Program-made: the position numbers and the translations under genes | Source of the DNA: Takakia lepidozioides | Lineage: Eukaryota > Plantae > Bryophyta | Length of the DNA stretch: 64,000 bases | Direction of reading: 5' to 3' | Assembly (NCBI GenBank): GCA_030704615.1 | Contig: CM060732.1 | Coordinates: 70,742,001 to 70,806,000, forward strand | Shown: one piece after another, positions 37,552-50,279 of the stretch | Layout: every line of letters begins with the position of its first letter | How positions within the stretch are numbered: the first letter of the stretch is position 1 | Notes under the pieces: generated by a model | Told to the model about the DNA's origin: nothing | What the model saw: only the letters and a program-made list of their open reading frames with translations | The model's database searches: none

Positions 37552-37848
37552 CTATCTCTTCATTTGAGATTTAGCAGCCTTCTTCGCAGAAGTTTGTTGG
37601 CGCGCCTTAACCTGCCGCGAGCTTGGCGTGTCAGCATAGATCGGCTCCAGCCAATGAAGAGGATTGCGATTGAAAAACGGCCAATCTGGAACTGCCACTC
37701 CGAAGGTGATGATTACTCCCGCCAGATAGATGTAAAGCATTGTTCTGTACGACGACGTCAAATAACCCGCGAGAAAGGCGACAAGTGCCGACCCCAAGAG
37801 CATGTATTGCATCAACTGCTCTCCAAGCTTCTGCCCCTGCCAGTCCAT
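37552..37848 (-). CDS. SPCS1: Signal peptidase complex subunit 1 (SPC12)
   Basis: MDWQGQKL.EQLMQ, two TM helices, VPDWPFFNRNPLHWL, basic tail; single intact ORF of 98 aa. Confidence 0.95.
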   Translation of the reverse strand: MDWQGQKLGEQLMQYMLLGSALVAFLAGYLTSSYRTMLYIYLAGVIITFGVAVPDWPFFNRNPLHWLEPIYADTPSSRQVKARQQTSAKKAAKSQMKR

Positions 37849-38103
37849 GGCACCAAAACGGCCAAGGATTCCTAGAACTTTCCGTGCCGCTTTCTCCCCG
37901 CCCCTCGACGCGCAAGATTTTCTCTACTAAAATGTTGCAACTCTTTGCCCGAGAAAGCCCTCCCTTCACACGTTTCACACAAGCAGGTGCCTCCTCCTCC
38001 TACGACATCAAGATCTCCGACAAGCGATGCGATCGTCTCCCGCATTCGTTGCTTCAAACGATCCCACTCCTCACGCACGCGATCGCGTCTTGACCCTAAG
38101 TAC

Positions 38104-38233
38104 TCCCTCCCTCCCTCCCTCTCTGCTCTCTCTCTCCCTCTCTCCGTCTCTCTCTCGATTTCGTTACGTTCGTGAGGAGCCATATCACCCATCCCCTCAC
38201 ATCACATCACATCACATCACATCACATCACATC
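38104..38233. repeat. CT-rich microsatellite and (ATCAC)n pentamer repeat upstream of SPCS1
   Basis: ctctctctcc... at 38104-38157; atcac x ~7 at 38198-38232. Confidence 0.85.
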
Positions 38234-38380
38234 CATGTTCATTGTTACTTCTATGCTGCCATACATGGAATGGGGACATGAAGAACCATTCAATATTCTT
38301 TTTAACAATACTATGTCAGTATTCATGTAGCCAGTACATGAGACGGGGTCATGTGTTGGCTACATCAGTCCCAGAGTTCT

Positions 38381-39150
38381 ATTTTTTTTTTAATTTTTTT
38401 AATTTTAAAGCAAGAGGGACGGAGGCCTCAGAAACTTTATATCAGAGGGGACAAAATGCCCATGGGAATACACGAGGAAAAAATAACCTCACTAAAGGGT
38501 GCCATAGAGGCTGACCCAGGAACCAACTGCTTCGTCACCAAGACCTTAGTAGACAAGAAAGACAGGGAGGTGCAAGGATGTCCAGCCTGCTAAGTGAAAG
38601 AGAGTTGAGCAGCTTAATAACTATCGCGCTTTCTCTTGTAGGTTTGAAAGGAGAGCTGCGTTCTAGATCTAGTCTTCCTAAGTGATCGGCGGCGATGTCT
38701 CCAATTTACTTCAGATTCTTCCCCATCAACCGGGGAGGGGAGAGCACTATAGGAGCTCCCAGGTCGGTCGCAGGGATGGAGTCGTTCCAGCGAACTCCCG
38801 AGGATAGGTCTCTAGTGCAGATGACCTCTCCCTTGCCCCACGATTCGTCAAACTTAGAGAGTAGTTGGTCCCCTCGCCTGCTGCTACACCTGCAAACAGC
38901 TTCCCTCAACACCCGCCAAGCCTTGCGGGCCTCAGACATCAAGTCTGAGTGAACCAAACACAAAATGACTCTCACGTTACTCGGTCTCCCATCAAAGATT
39001 CGCTTGTATCTCGCTTTCCAGATGTGCCACAAGGTTAGAGCTCTGAGAGCAGCCCAAACCGGGCAATGAGACCACAATCCTCCCTCAGAATAATTAAGAA
39101 GCAGAATGGAATCACAAGGCAAGACCAGCAACTTCCACTGTTAATACTTT
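38381..39150 (-). mobile_element. 5'-truncated LINE (3' end of ORF2, 3' UTR and poly-A tail)
   Basis: WAALRALTLWHIWKARYKRIFDG (typical LINE C-terminal W.IWK.RN..IF motif); T-rich tract at 38381-38406 on the + strand. Confidence 0.75.
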
Positions 39151-39256
39151 GTTAGTCATTTGGAGGACATGGCCGGCCAGGAGGAGCATATATTAGGGCA
39201 TCTTCTTTTTCTTTTCTTTTTTCTAGAGAACAGGCGACAGTCTTTTGTTTTTTAAA

Positions 39257-40250
39257 GGAAATACCCGGGAGTGACCGCTCACAAATCAGGCCCGTTAATT
39301 ATAGTGAGAGGAGAAAATATCCTCTTTCAGATTAACCTTGCCATGCCATGAGGCGGAGAGCATGGGACATCGCCCAAGGTGGGGGTTGGTATCCTGTGAG
39401 CATAGTGTGAGCACAACCCACGGTCATGGGAGTTTCATGTTTTTAAACCTCGGTCATAGGAGTTATATGTTTTCAAAACGGAATAAAACCATAAGCGGGT
39501 ATAGAGCACCGGTGCATTTGTACAATACATCTGTGCCAATTCAGCGAGGCGAACCTTCAGTAGTGTAGCCAAAAACCCTAAACCTATAGTGGTGGCAATG
39601 AATTTCGCATTGAGAAATACTTGGTGATATGGGCACAAACTAAGCAGTGGTGAATTTCACACTGAGAAATACTTGGTGATATGAGCAAAACTAAGCAAGC
39701 GGTGGGTTTTGCATTGAGAAATCCCATCACCCAAAGATCTTACATCCAAAGAGAATGGGTGGGGGCTTGAAAAGTGACCTATTCATCTTTTTAGCCACAA
39801 TGTGATTGCTTCTCAGGCGGAATTTCGCAATGCGAAATTATCCATGGGTGATTTTTTTTCTTTTTTTTTTCCTTTTTTTCTTGTAAGCAAGGGAAATGAC
39901 CTTAAAGTTGAGGTGAAGCCTCACAGCCCACTCTCCCGCCGCTTATGGAGAAAAAGCCACGCCAATAGGGTAACATGTTCATCAAGTATAGGGGCTACTT
40001 GGTATAGGGGCTACTTGTTCTTTATGTGTTAATTTCGCATAATGGTTAATTTCGTCAATTTCATTTCGCAGTGGAAATTTCTCAGAAACTTCGGTGAATA
40101 TGCCCTTGTGCTCGCGTAAGCATGGTCACACCTCCGCCCAAGGGAAGGGGGAGAAGATTGTAAAAATACCACACCCCACAAGGTAGCGGAACTAAGAATC
40201 ACCTGGGTGGCACTGAGTTCTCTTTCCAACTTAGCTACAGACTTGTGGTG
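39257..40250 (-). mobile_element. SINE family A interrupted by a MITE
   Basis: Family tail at 39257-39330; head at 40200-40250 (minus strand tagctaagttggaaagagaactcagtgccacccagg). Confidence 0.7.
39380..40134. mobile_element. Mutator-like MITE with 9-bp TSD CGCCCAAGG
   Basis: cgcccaagg at 39371-39379 and 40135-40143; left end homologous to 18717-18830. Confidence 0.75.
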
Positions 40251-40722
40251 GCATCTTGATATGTGACTTGTGTGATGTAGCCTCTCTTATTTTTATAGTA
40301 GTAGGCACTTTTTTTTTGTTTTATTTATTTTTTCAGGCTCAGATGCAAAGCATAGATGCTAAACTGCCTGAGAGCTCTGACCAAGGGAGCTGGCATTGTA
40401 GTAGGCACATTGTCACACTCTTTCCTTTTTTTTCCTTTTTTCCTTTTTTATGGTTTACAAGGAAACACCAGCCCCAGCATTTCAATTCTTTTTACATAAA
40501 AAGGGGACGGAGGCCTTGTTTTAATTTGAGAACGAGGAAAAAATAGACTCAATAGGGCCATGAGACTATCTTATATTCAAATTCGAAATTTTTGTAGTGA
40601 TATATGCAATTAGAGTTGAACAAACCTGATTAGAACACCAAAACAAATGGATTCCATGTGAAGCACTGTATTTCAAATCTGTACACATTTCTACATGGTT
40701 GTTGGGCTATATCGGTTTTAAC

Positions 40723-41917
40723 CAGTGTTGGCCGATATTATCTTTTTATAATATCCACCGGTTCCGGGTATTAAGAACTTTAGGTTCAGATATCTACCGG
40801 TTCCAGGTATTGCCAACATGACAAACAGCAGATCCGGGTAGATGCATATCCGCCGGTTATGCCTCTATATATATATTATAAAAGTCATTTATGTGCGGAT
40901 GTGGATTGGTAGTTCAGCGCTAGAGTTGGCAAGAGGAGGTCATGGGTTTGAATATCTCGGGTTTCCGGCACAGAAATGACAAAAATAAATAAAAATTCAA
41001 CAGCCCGTTTTTTATTTAACTAACGTCCGACAGCATTGGCAGGTACGGTACCCAGGTCTGACCACATATACCGGTCCACCAAGAGTCGAGAATATCATCT
41101 TCTACAAATTTGTACTAACCTAATTATACCCTTGTAAATAGAGAGAGAGAAGACTCTGGCCAAGGCCGGCGTAACTAAGAGCCTACCCTTGTAAACTATG
41201 ACATTGTTCTAATATGTACCCAGTCCTTGGAAAATTAAAATCGACCAAAGGCGAAAGTACATGTAGGAGTTAGGGGGTAAGTTGCATCGGCCCCACATGG
41301 TTACTGCCCATATGGAGTCCATGCCCAAGGAATAGAGAACGTTCTAGAGGGACTGCCAAAAGTGCTTTGATAGTTCCTAATGTACGTACCAGGCCCATAG
41401 CAATCCGCAGTAAGGTACAAGAGGTCAGATAGAGGGTGGCTGGACAAAGACCAACACGAGGAGGGAGGTAGCGGTAGGGGCTGGCGGCAACTAGGACTAG
41501 GAGGAGGAGGGAGGTTTGGGATATTGCAAACTCAGTTCTCTAGTTCATTCCATTGCTCACATATTTATTTGTGTTGAACCGCGATGAGCGATATCTCATC
41601 GCGGTGGTTGGGCACGAACAGAAGGGTTGAGGGTCTGAAATTATGTTACACCAATTACATTTACAACGGAGTTTGTTATATGCAATTACGTCGCCGTATG
41701 AGTCTACACCGATTTTATAAAGGATTCGAGGTGAATAAGGAATAAGGACTATAATATGCCCAAAAATAAATTAGATAGCATTCTACCTTGATAGGCTCGG
41801 AGGGTACGTTAAAATTAGAAAATTCCATTAACATGCCCAGACCGGATTCCAACCGGATCCGGATACATTGATATCCTCTTGTTGATATCCTAATGACTCT
41901 ATATCCGCCCAACATTG
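40723..41917. mobile_element. hAT-type non-autonomous element (CAGTGTTGG TIR)
   Basis: gttttaac|cagtgttgg ... ccaacattg|gctttaac (7/8 TSD match). Confidence 0.75.
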
Positions 41918-42059
41918 GCTTTAACTTACCCTCCAGCTCCGGGAAGTTGGCCGCTCATTTTTAAGGATAGTAATAACTACTGAAAATACAGAAATTCCAA
42001 AAAAGACTGCCGGACCTCTTTTTTAAGAAAAAAACATTATTTCGGCATAGGCTTGACGA

Positions 42060-42697
42060 ACTGCATAGGCAAGTATGGTATATAGTAAAGGTATGAGTAA
42101 TGGTATGAAGAACCATACCCTGCTGGTATGAAAGAACATTATACCCGGTGCATAACCTAATAGGGTGGATATTGAGTCAAGGATTTGCTCGTCGATACCA
42201 GACCAGCCTGGGTTGTCGCTGTTGTTAGACTGCCTGCGATACCATTATTGAGGGTTGCAAGCAGCGATGGAGCTCAGTATAATTAGGGATATGGATAAGT
42301 AGAGTATGAATATGAGCTCTAGTGAGCACTTGAGACGTATCACAAATTGCTCAGACTCTCTGCGGGGGAAGTGGAAATCTGGTCCTAGCTACCATGACTG
42401 CGCAGAAAAATAACTGCAAGACAGTTCTGACAATTGTACTGTAAACAAAGGCTCAACATCATAACTACCAATATACCAATGTTCATATACCCCAGTATCA
42501 ATATCAAAAAAATTAATACCAATACCATACCCATATACTATCCATTTTACAAGACCTCTTACCCTATTGATACCATTAATACTCTGTCAGGTCATACCTG
42601 CCACCATACCCTTACCAGCCTGGTATGCATAAGGGATCAGATCCTTCATAACAGGACCAGTCTGGTATTTAAAAATACATATACCGGTCCAATACTA
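42060..42697. mobile_element. Partial hAT MITE of the 9864/12633 family
   Basis: 42470-42695 is homologous to 12925-13140. Confidence 0.65.
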
Positions 42698-45600
42698 CTC
42701 CATACACATACACTTGAGTTGCATCAGATAGCACTTCATAGATCTATCCCACCTTTCCGACGAATAATTCAGATTAAAACTTTACACACGATGAGGAGGA
42801 TCAGTGTTTGTTTTTTCATTTTCCAAAACGCCAGAGGGCCGACATGTGACTCATCCACCCAGCACCCATCACCTTTTTTTTCTTTTTTTTTTGAAACGGG
42901 ACAGAGGCCCTTTTAATCAAATTAAATTAAACAAAGGTTCACAAAAGGTGGAAAAAATAACCACCTAGGGAGGCCGTGGAGGCTAACAGAGGGGGAACTT
43001 CCCCATTACCCTAGCAAACCTGCTAAGCAGAAGGGGAGAGAGAGAGAGGTGTAGAAAAGGAACAGTAAGAGGAAAGTCCAGGCAGTCCAAAAGCAACCTG
43101 GAACTAAGCAAGGAGAGAGGGGGCCTTTACGCAAGGTAAGGAAGATGGACATTTAAGCAGCATTCTAAAGCGTAAATCATGGAGAATCGAAGCTGCGAAG
43201 GAGGTGAGGGAGGTGAGGCCTCGAAGCAGAGCTTAAAATCAAAACTTGAGCGGAGTTCTGGATTTAGTGTCTCTAGCTCACTTATGAGGCCAATTGAATT
43301 CTGATTCCTCCCCGTCACCAGGGGACCTCCCATTGCGGGGGGATGGATTGTTGCCAGGTAAAGCGAGTGTTGGAAACACCGGAGCCGAGCACGTTGCTTT
43401 TTCCCCATGAATCATAGAAGTCTTGAAGCAACTTCCGCCCCCGTTGCTCCGAAGTTCTGGGAAGAGCTGCAATGCGACCACTCACTCGTATGCCGGGGGC
43501 TCCTCGGCCTCGATCCCAACTTGTTCCTCCCCCTGCTCCTTCTCGGATTTTTCCTCATCCTCCGAGGATGCCTCTTCCTCTTTCGGTAGACGTTCAGTAA
43601 ACCATGCTTTCCTCCCCTCAGTAAGCAGATCATGGTAAGTATGAAATAATATTGATCTGCCTCTGGGGAGTTTCTCCTCGAAAACCCAAGCACATAAGCA
43701 GAAGCAGAGATTGGGGAGGAGGGTTTGGAAAGATGTCCCAGTGAGAGTAGAAACTGATGACCAAACTCCAGATTTTGTTTGACATATTGCAGCAGTATTC
43801 AATAATCTTCGCTGTTCCACATCAGGGTGCTGGACAGCCTCGGAAACCCCAACCCCATGCCTCCTCCGGGTTTGGAAGCTCAATGGGCTCATCAAGAAAC
43901 TCTAACCTGGTTTCTCAAATGCCCCTTGACTGATCTGCAATTTGACCCGGCGGAGTGGAGGTGGATGGATAAGAAAAAAACACCATTTTCTTCCTATTAT
44001 GTCAAGAAAGGTTATGCTCTCATCAACCCCTCGCGCTCGTTCAAAAACAGGTGGTCCAGCAAATGGGGTAGCCTGCAACTTGGCCAGAACACATGGAACA
44101 ACATCTGGAAAGACATATGGAGGAAGGACAGACCATCCAAGCTATCAGGTTTCCTTTGGAAGCTCGCACATAGGATCCTCCCTGTCAGACAGAAGACGCA
44201 TGAGGATGATCCAACATGCACTCTCTGTCATGAAAACCCAAAATCTTCATACACCATTGCCTCACTCATGAACTGACCATCCAACCGCATATTGGCAATG
44301 TGAGTGCAACCCTGGTCTCGGGGTTTGGGTAAGTAGAATTCCAGAGTCCATGTTGTAGTTGGCAGACAAAGGTTGCCGCAAGCATTCTTGCTTGTTTGCT
44401 GGCATTCTTTGTGTGAGATTGCCTCTCATGCAATGCCATGCTTTCCAGATGGACTGCCAGGGTCTGGAGCCCAATGAGACTGCGGCGTTTATGCCTTGAA
44501 CTATCCATCAGCGTAGTGATTGAGCCTAGAGATAAGGGTGATAAGCCCTATCCCTATATTTTTTTTGGAAAATGAGGGTGATAAGCCCTTGCGACATCTG
44601 TGAGGGCATCATCTTCCTCTGCAGAATGTCAATCGCCATCATTAGGAAGTCCTCACCAATAGCTAGCCACAATGCCTTGAACAGCTCAATCGGAAGTCCG
44701 TCTAGACCAGGCGATTTGTGAGAAGCCATGGAGTTCAATGCTTGTCCCAATTCCCTAGCAGTGAAAGGGGCCGCCAGGCTGGCTTTATCCGGCTGAGAGA
44801 GAGAACACGGAATGTGATGTAACAGGGTTTTAGTGGTTGCCCTCCTCTGCTTTGTTGACTGCTGCCTTTCAAACAGATTGTGAAAATAACTTGCAGCCAT
44901 TGATGCCATGATTTTTGGTCTGTCAATGGTTTGACCTGCTGAGTCTTTCAGAGCTGGAACCAGCATTGCGGCTCATCTTTGCGTTGCCTTTACAAAGAAA
45001 TACTTGGTCATCTTTTCTCCTTTAAGGGACCAATTCACCCCAGCCCTGGTCTTCATGAATTGCTCTCTGGCGTTTAGCAACATAGAGAGGTTCTTCTTAG
45101 CTGTTTTGTAAGAAACCATAGTCTGAGGGCCCTCCTGTTTGGACTGCAATTGGAACTGACATACCTGCAAGCACTTTGTCAGAGCTTTCAGCCTTCTGCC
45201 GTTTTCCACTGCTTTTTCCTTCAAGATGTGTTTACACATGTTTCTCAGCATGTCCAGCTTTTCCAGGAATCGCACTGTGGGGGAGGGGCAAGGGATAACC
45301 GCCGAGGTCCATGCCTTCTGCAGGGCTGTAACCACTTCTGGGTCTTGGAGAATAGACGGATTCATTTTGAAGAAACCTCTTCCCTTCAACCTATACCCTG
45401 GAGCACTAAGAAGCATGTGAATAGCTGCATGATCAAACTCCGATAAAAATGGTTGCAGTGGGATGCTCTTGGTCCAAGCCAGCAGAGTAGGTGAGCAATA
45501 AAATCTATCCAAGCGCGCCTGGCACAGATTAGGCGGGTCCCTGTTGTTGCTCCAAGAGAATTTCAGGTCACCCTGCCGTGGAGCAGTTGCATCAAGGAGA

Positions 45601-48600
45601 CCCACAGTGAAACACATCGCATCCCAGGAGTTCTTTTCCGCTGTGGAGAGCCCATGAGCTTACCTTCCCAGCCTATCTGTCTCCTCTCCCACCATGTTGA
45701 AGTCTCCTCCCATGAGCCAGTGTTGGATGTGCGGGTGCTGCAACATTTTGTCCCTGATCTGATTCCAAAAAAGAACTCTTTCCTCCTCCCCATTGGGGGC
45801 ATAGGTATGTAGCCCTACCTCACCAATAGAGATTGACCCAGATTCATAGCTAGAAACTGGACTCTACCCTGGATCCAGATGGCGTTGGAAGTGATGGAAT
45901 CATGGAGAGAAGAAGATACAAGAATAGTTGTGCCGCCTCTTGAATCTATCACCGTGGGGTTCCAAAATGTAGTGGCAGAGGGCCATAGGGAAGCACCTAA
46001 GGAGGCAATTTTGTGTTGATCTAACTTGTGTTCTTGCAGAAATAGCAGATTAGAACCCCTAACAAATGTGGAGGCCCAGCTCCTAACTCTGGCCCTTTTG
46101 GGGGCAGAGTGGTGGGAGCCTAGGCCCCGCACATTCCAAGAGCATAGGGATAGATTCATTTGGGGGAGATAGAAAGGCCCGTGTATTCTACACGATTTGA
46201 TGGCCAGATGGGGTCAAAGAAGAACTTAGTGCGCTTATCCAACATGGGCAGAGTGGAAACCCATTTGAAACCTTTAAGCGAGTGAGGTATAGCTGGAAGC
46301 TGCCAGGTAAACACTGTTTTGGCACGTTTCCTTTTGCTTTTGCAATTTAAAGGCATGAATTAGTTTCCACTGTCCCTGCGAACTGAGAAAAGATTTGCAG
46401 AGATGTTGCAGGATAAAGTTTGTGACAGAAAGAGGAGGGCAGAAGGGGAAGAAGGGAGGACAGAAGTATCCCACCAGCCTGGGAGAACTCGCTGGGAAGA
46501 GGGATGGCTGTCTAACATTAGGGTGCAGACCCTTTTCTAGTTGCAGCATGAGGTACGTAAAAAATGAGGGGAGAGGAGGAGCATGCGAGTCCATGCTTAC
46601 CGGGGGTGGGGAGTCGCCCTCCGGAAGCAGGAATGTGATGGAGTGATCTGCAGCTGCATTGGAGGAGAAATTGAAGTTGGTGTTGCCCACCAGCACCAAT
46701 TCTCTATTTAAATTGGTTCTTGCTGGGGTACTGCGACATCCTTCATCTTGTGCATCTGGTAGTGCTCGTCCACCAGCCCAATCCCTTCCTCGAAATTTTT
46801 TCTGCTGCGAGCCCATTCCGTGGGGTCCTTAACCCTGTAAGACAGATAATACTTACACACCCATAGCCATGAGTCATGAGCACCTGATGTGTCTAGATCC
46901 GACCCGCAAATAATCGGCAGCACATGAATTATTGCCAAATCTGCATGAGATTCATTGTTCTCCACCATGATTCCAACATGTTGTATGTGCGACAAAAAGA
47001 GATTCGGGTTAGGAAAGAATTCTTGGAGAACGCCTTTTGAAAGTGCGAGCGTGATGTCTCTTTCTTTCCCCACCCCATACTGGAGCGCCATGGCTTCAGT
47101 CACCCATGCTGATTGAAATCCTTGCTTGATACTTGGCAAAAAGAAATTCGTGTAGTCATCAATGAAGGCATACAACAAAGGGGTGATGCAAGATTGCTAC
47201 CTTTTCCCTTGCGTAATTGGATCCAGGTGCCCAACCTGTGAGTGGTCTGCTTTTGAAAGAGTGCAACTCCAAGAATGAGACTGCCAGGCTGGTACCATCC
47301 AGCTGCTGCAGGTCCGCTTCAGTGAAGGGAAATGACCCCCATGCCTCCATTATTCTCACCGGGAAGAAGCCCGATCCAGTTGGACCCTTGGGGATGATTG
47401 CAGGCGCGGGGTTTGCATGTCGCTTTCTCTTCTTTGTAGCTTATATGTCTCCAACGGCGTGCTCATTTGATTCAGTTGCAGCAGCTACCTGTGTGAACTG
47501 GTTTTGACCTCCTGTCGAGGTTTTTTCCAAGGGCTGTGAAGATGCCTCATCTTTCCTTAAGGCCCTGTTTTTTGGGCAATCTGCCTTAACATGGCCTTCC
47601 GCATTGCAAAGGAAGCAGATGATGGAGAGGGCCTCTTCTTTAACAGTACACAGATGTAAGAGTCATCGAGTGTAGGCAGTTCAATGGAAGAGCCAATGGA
47701 GGCATTCTCTGGCATGAGGACAACGATCTTTGGGACGCCATTATCAGAATTATGCTCGTGGTGTATGACCTCCGTATCCACACTAAGGATTTGGACTTGA
47801 GCTGGCTCATAGATATTGATGGCCCCAATGAAGGATCCAAAACTTGCTCCAATTTCTGGTAATGAAGTGAGGTACGTAGGCGGGAGGAAAGGGATGGCGA
47901 TCACCCTTGGTTTCCTGAGTATGCATTTTTTGTGCCCCCAGTCATGGGTCCAAGGGAAGATGACGACCTTGGTTGAGGATAGGTGGGCATTGAAATTCAG
48001 TGCTTTGTCCACGTCCGTGGAGGAGGAGAACAAGATTGCGTAGAACCCCTTGTCCATAGGAAGGCAGAAGTGATGTGCCAGACCCCCGTCCACTCCCTGG
48101 GGGGTGCACTCTTTATAAAATGTCCGTATCATGTGCGTTCGCCGCCTAATAAAAAAACCCCCTGTATACGGGTCCTTGGATCATTTATACCCCCTCTGTA
48201 CATACATTTTGAAGATTATAAAACCCCCTCCTGTAAATATATAGAAATTTGTAATTTTTAAAAAATACCCCCTTCTGTATGTATATTTCTTTTTTCAATA
48301 ATTAAAAAATACCCTCAAATATGTATATGTATGTTTTTAATATTATATCAAGTTTATTCATTTAAAAATAGAATAAAATCTAATAAATTCATTAAAAAAA
48401 TTGTTTGCCCTCGATAAAACTTGTTGTGGAATCTCACTTTGAACAATAATCAAATGCCGAGAGGAAAGGGACATTGTCAATGCCCTATGTGCAAGAGGCC
48501 TGAAGAAAGTTTCTATTTTCTGATATGCAGTCCTAGGTATTTCATCAGAGAGTGACCCTCTTGAAGACCAAGACCTAGTCACTGCACTTCTATTCATCAA

Positions 48601-49774
48601 CTAGGACAGTTTCTGAACTTGTTCTACAGTTTCAACCTTCGCAAGGTCCAATTATGTTCAAAACCTACTGTTGAGAATTCCTCTCCAAAAAGAGATTTCG
48701 TGCGCCACTGTTGGAGTCCAACCTGACTCGCAGTTGACAGAGTTCAATACATTCAATTAGATGACAAGCATTTCATTTCACCAATACTCCCCACAAGAAC
48801 AAACACCATTTTGGAAGTGGTGAAAGCGGTTTGCATCCCGTACAACAATCTCTTGCTTAGCTATCTTTGAGATGAATTTGGTGGCTGTGTGGCAATCACC
48901 ACACATCCGAAGATTCTTGATGGTCCCTAAAGACATCCCAGAGGGTGTGTTGATAAGCCCAAAAACAATGGCCAGCTTCTCATTGTGGTGGCAAAGAGAC
49001 GATTCTTTAAGCTCTTCATCAACATCATGCAATGCAAAGTGCGGGCTTCACCCCTTCGCACATCATTTGCTCATAGGTCTCCAAAGCCTCCATCCCGCGC
49101 CCTTGCTGTGCATATCCTGCAATCATAGCACTCCACAACAACACATCTCATTTAGCCATACCGTCGAACACTCCCTTCATACATGTCCACGAGGGTACTG
49201 TTCAAAATGACATTTGATACAATTGCAGACCTAACAATGTCGCCATGGACCTCTTTGCCCTTTTCCAAAGCTGACAGACTTACACACGCATTGCAAATGT
49301 ACACAAACGTGATGTGGTCGGGTTTCACCCCTTCCCCCATCATTTGATCATAGGTCTCCAAAGCCTCCATACCACATCCCTGCTGTGCATACCCTGCAAG
49401 CATCGCACTCCACGACACCACATCTCGTTCAGCCATGGAAACTCCCTTCGCATCCTTAATGCACCCACATTTGGCATACATGTCCACCAAGGGAGTGTTC
49501 AGAATGACATCTGGTACAATTCAAGCTTTGACAATGTCACCATGGACCTCTTTCCCCTTTTCCAGAGCTCCCAGGCTTGCACACGCATTGCATCCTGCTA
49601 ACATTATATTCCATGTGATCAAAGATCGTTGAGGCATTCTGTTGAACACTTGGTGAGCATCAATGATGCTCCCGCACATAACATACATGTTGACAAGGGT
49701 GTTGAGAAGAAAAACATTTGACGTGAATCCACTTTGGGTGATGTGAGTATGCACCTGTTTTCCAACTTTCAGAC

Positions 49775-50279
49775 CAGTGTTGGACTGGTATCAAGTTTTT
49801 TACATACCAAACTGGTCCTGGTACCAGGCGTATCACAAAACTTTCATACCAGTCTGGTCTCTATAATGGTGGATGTTTTTTTTCCAGATACTGGTATGAA
49901 TATGAGTATCATGACCACAATACCAGCTGGTATGAGATATCAACTCTGGTATCATTCCAAAGCCATCTTGAGTTACAAATTTGTCAAGTGGCAAGTATCA
50001 AGTGAAAACAAATAAAATATACATAAGAAGTAAATATACATAAGTACGAATATATAGGCATATGTACACATAAATTAATTCAGTATACATACCAGAGTAA
50101 ATGAGGAAGACGATGGGGGAGTACGGGTATTGTGGCTGGTATGAAAGAACTGATACCAGCCTGGTCTGGTATCTGACCAAGTATTCTCCCAAATGATACT
50201 AGACTGGTCTGGTATCTAATACTAGTGCATATACCAGTATTATGTACCAAACCTTCACCTATATACCAGTCCAACACTG
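49775..50279. mobile_element. hAT MITE inserted into a PPR motif
   Basis: tttcagac|cagtgttggactggtat ... ataccagtccaacactg|ttccagac; the joined flanks match the uninterrupted paralogous segment at 50860-50910. Confidence 0.85.

Noticed and set aside
37426-38192. ORFs overlapping SPCS1 on both strands
   Set aside because: Shadow frames of the real gene and of its CT-rich upstream region.
44460-44515. Plus-strand Q*DCGVYALNY resembling a Ulp1 protease motif
   Set aside because: Flanked by stops and lies antisense to LINE ORF2 sequence; probably chance.
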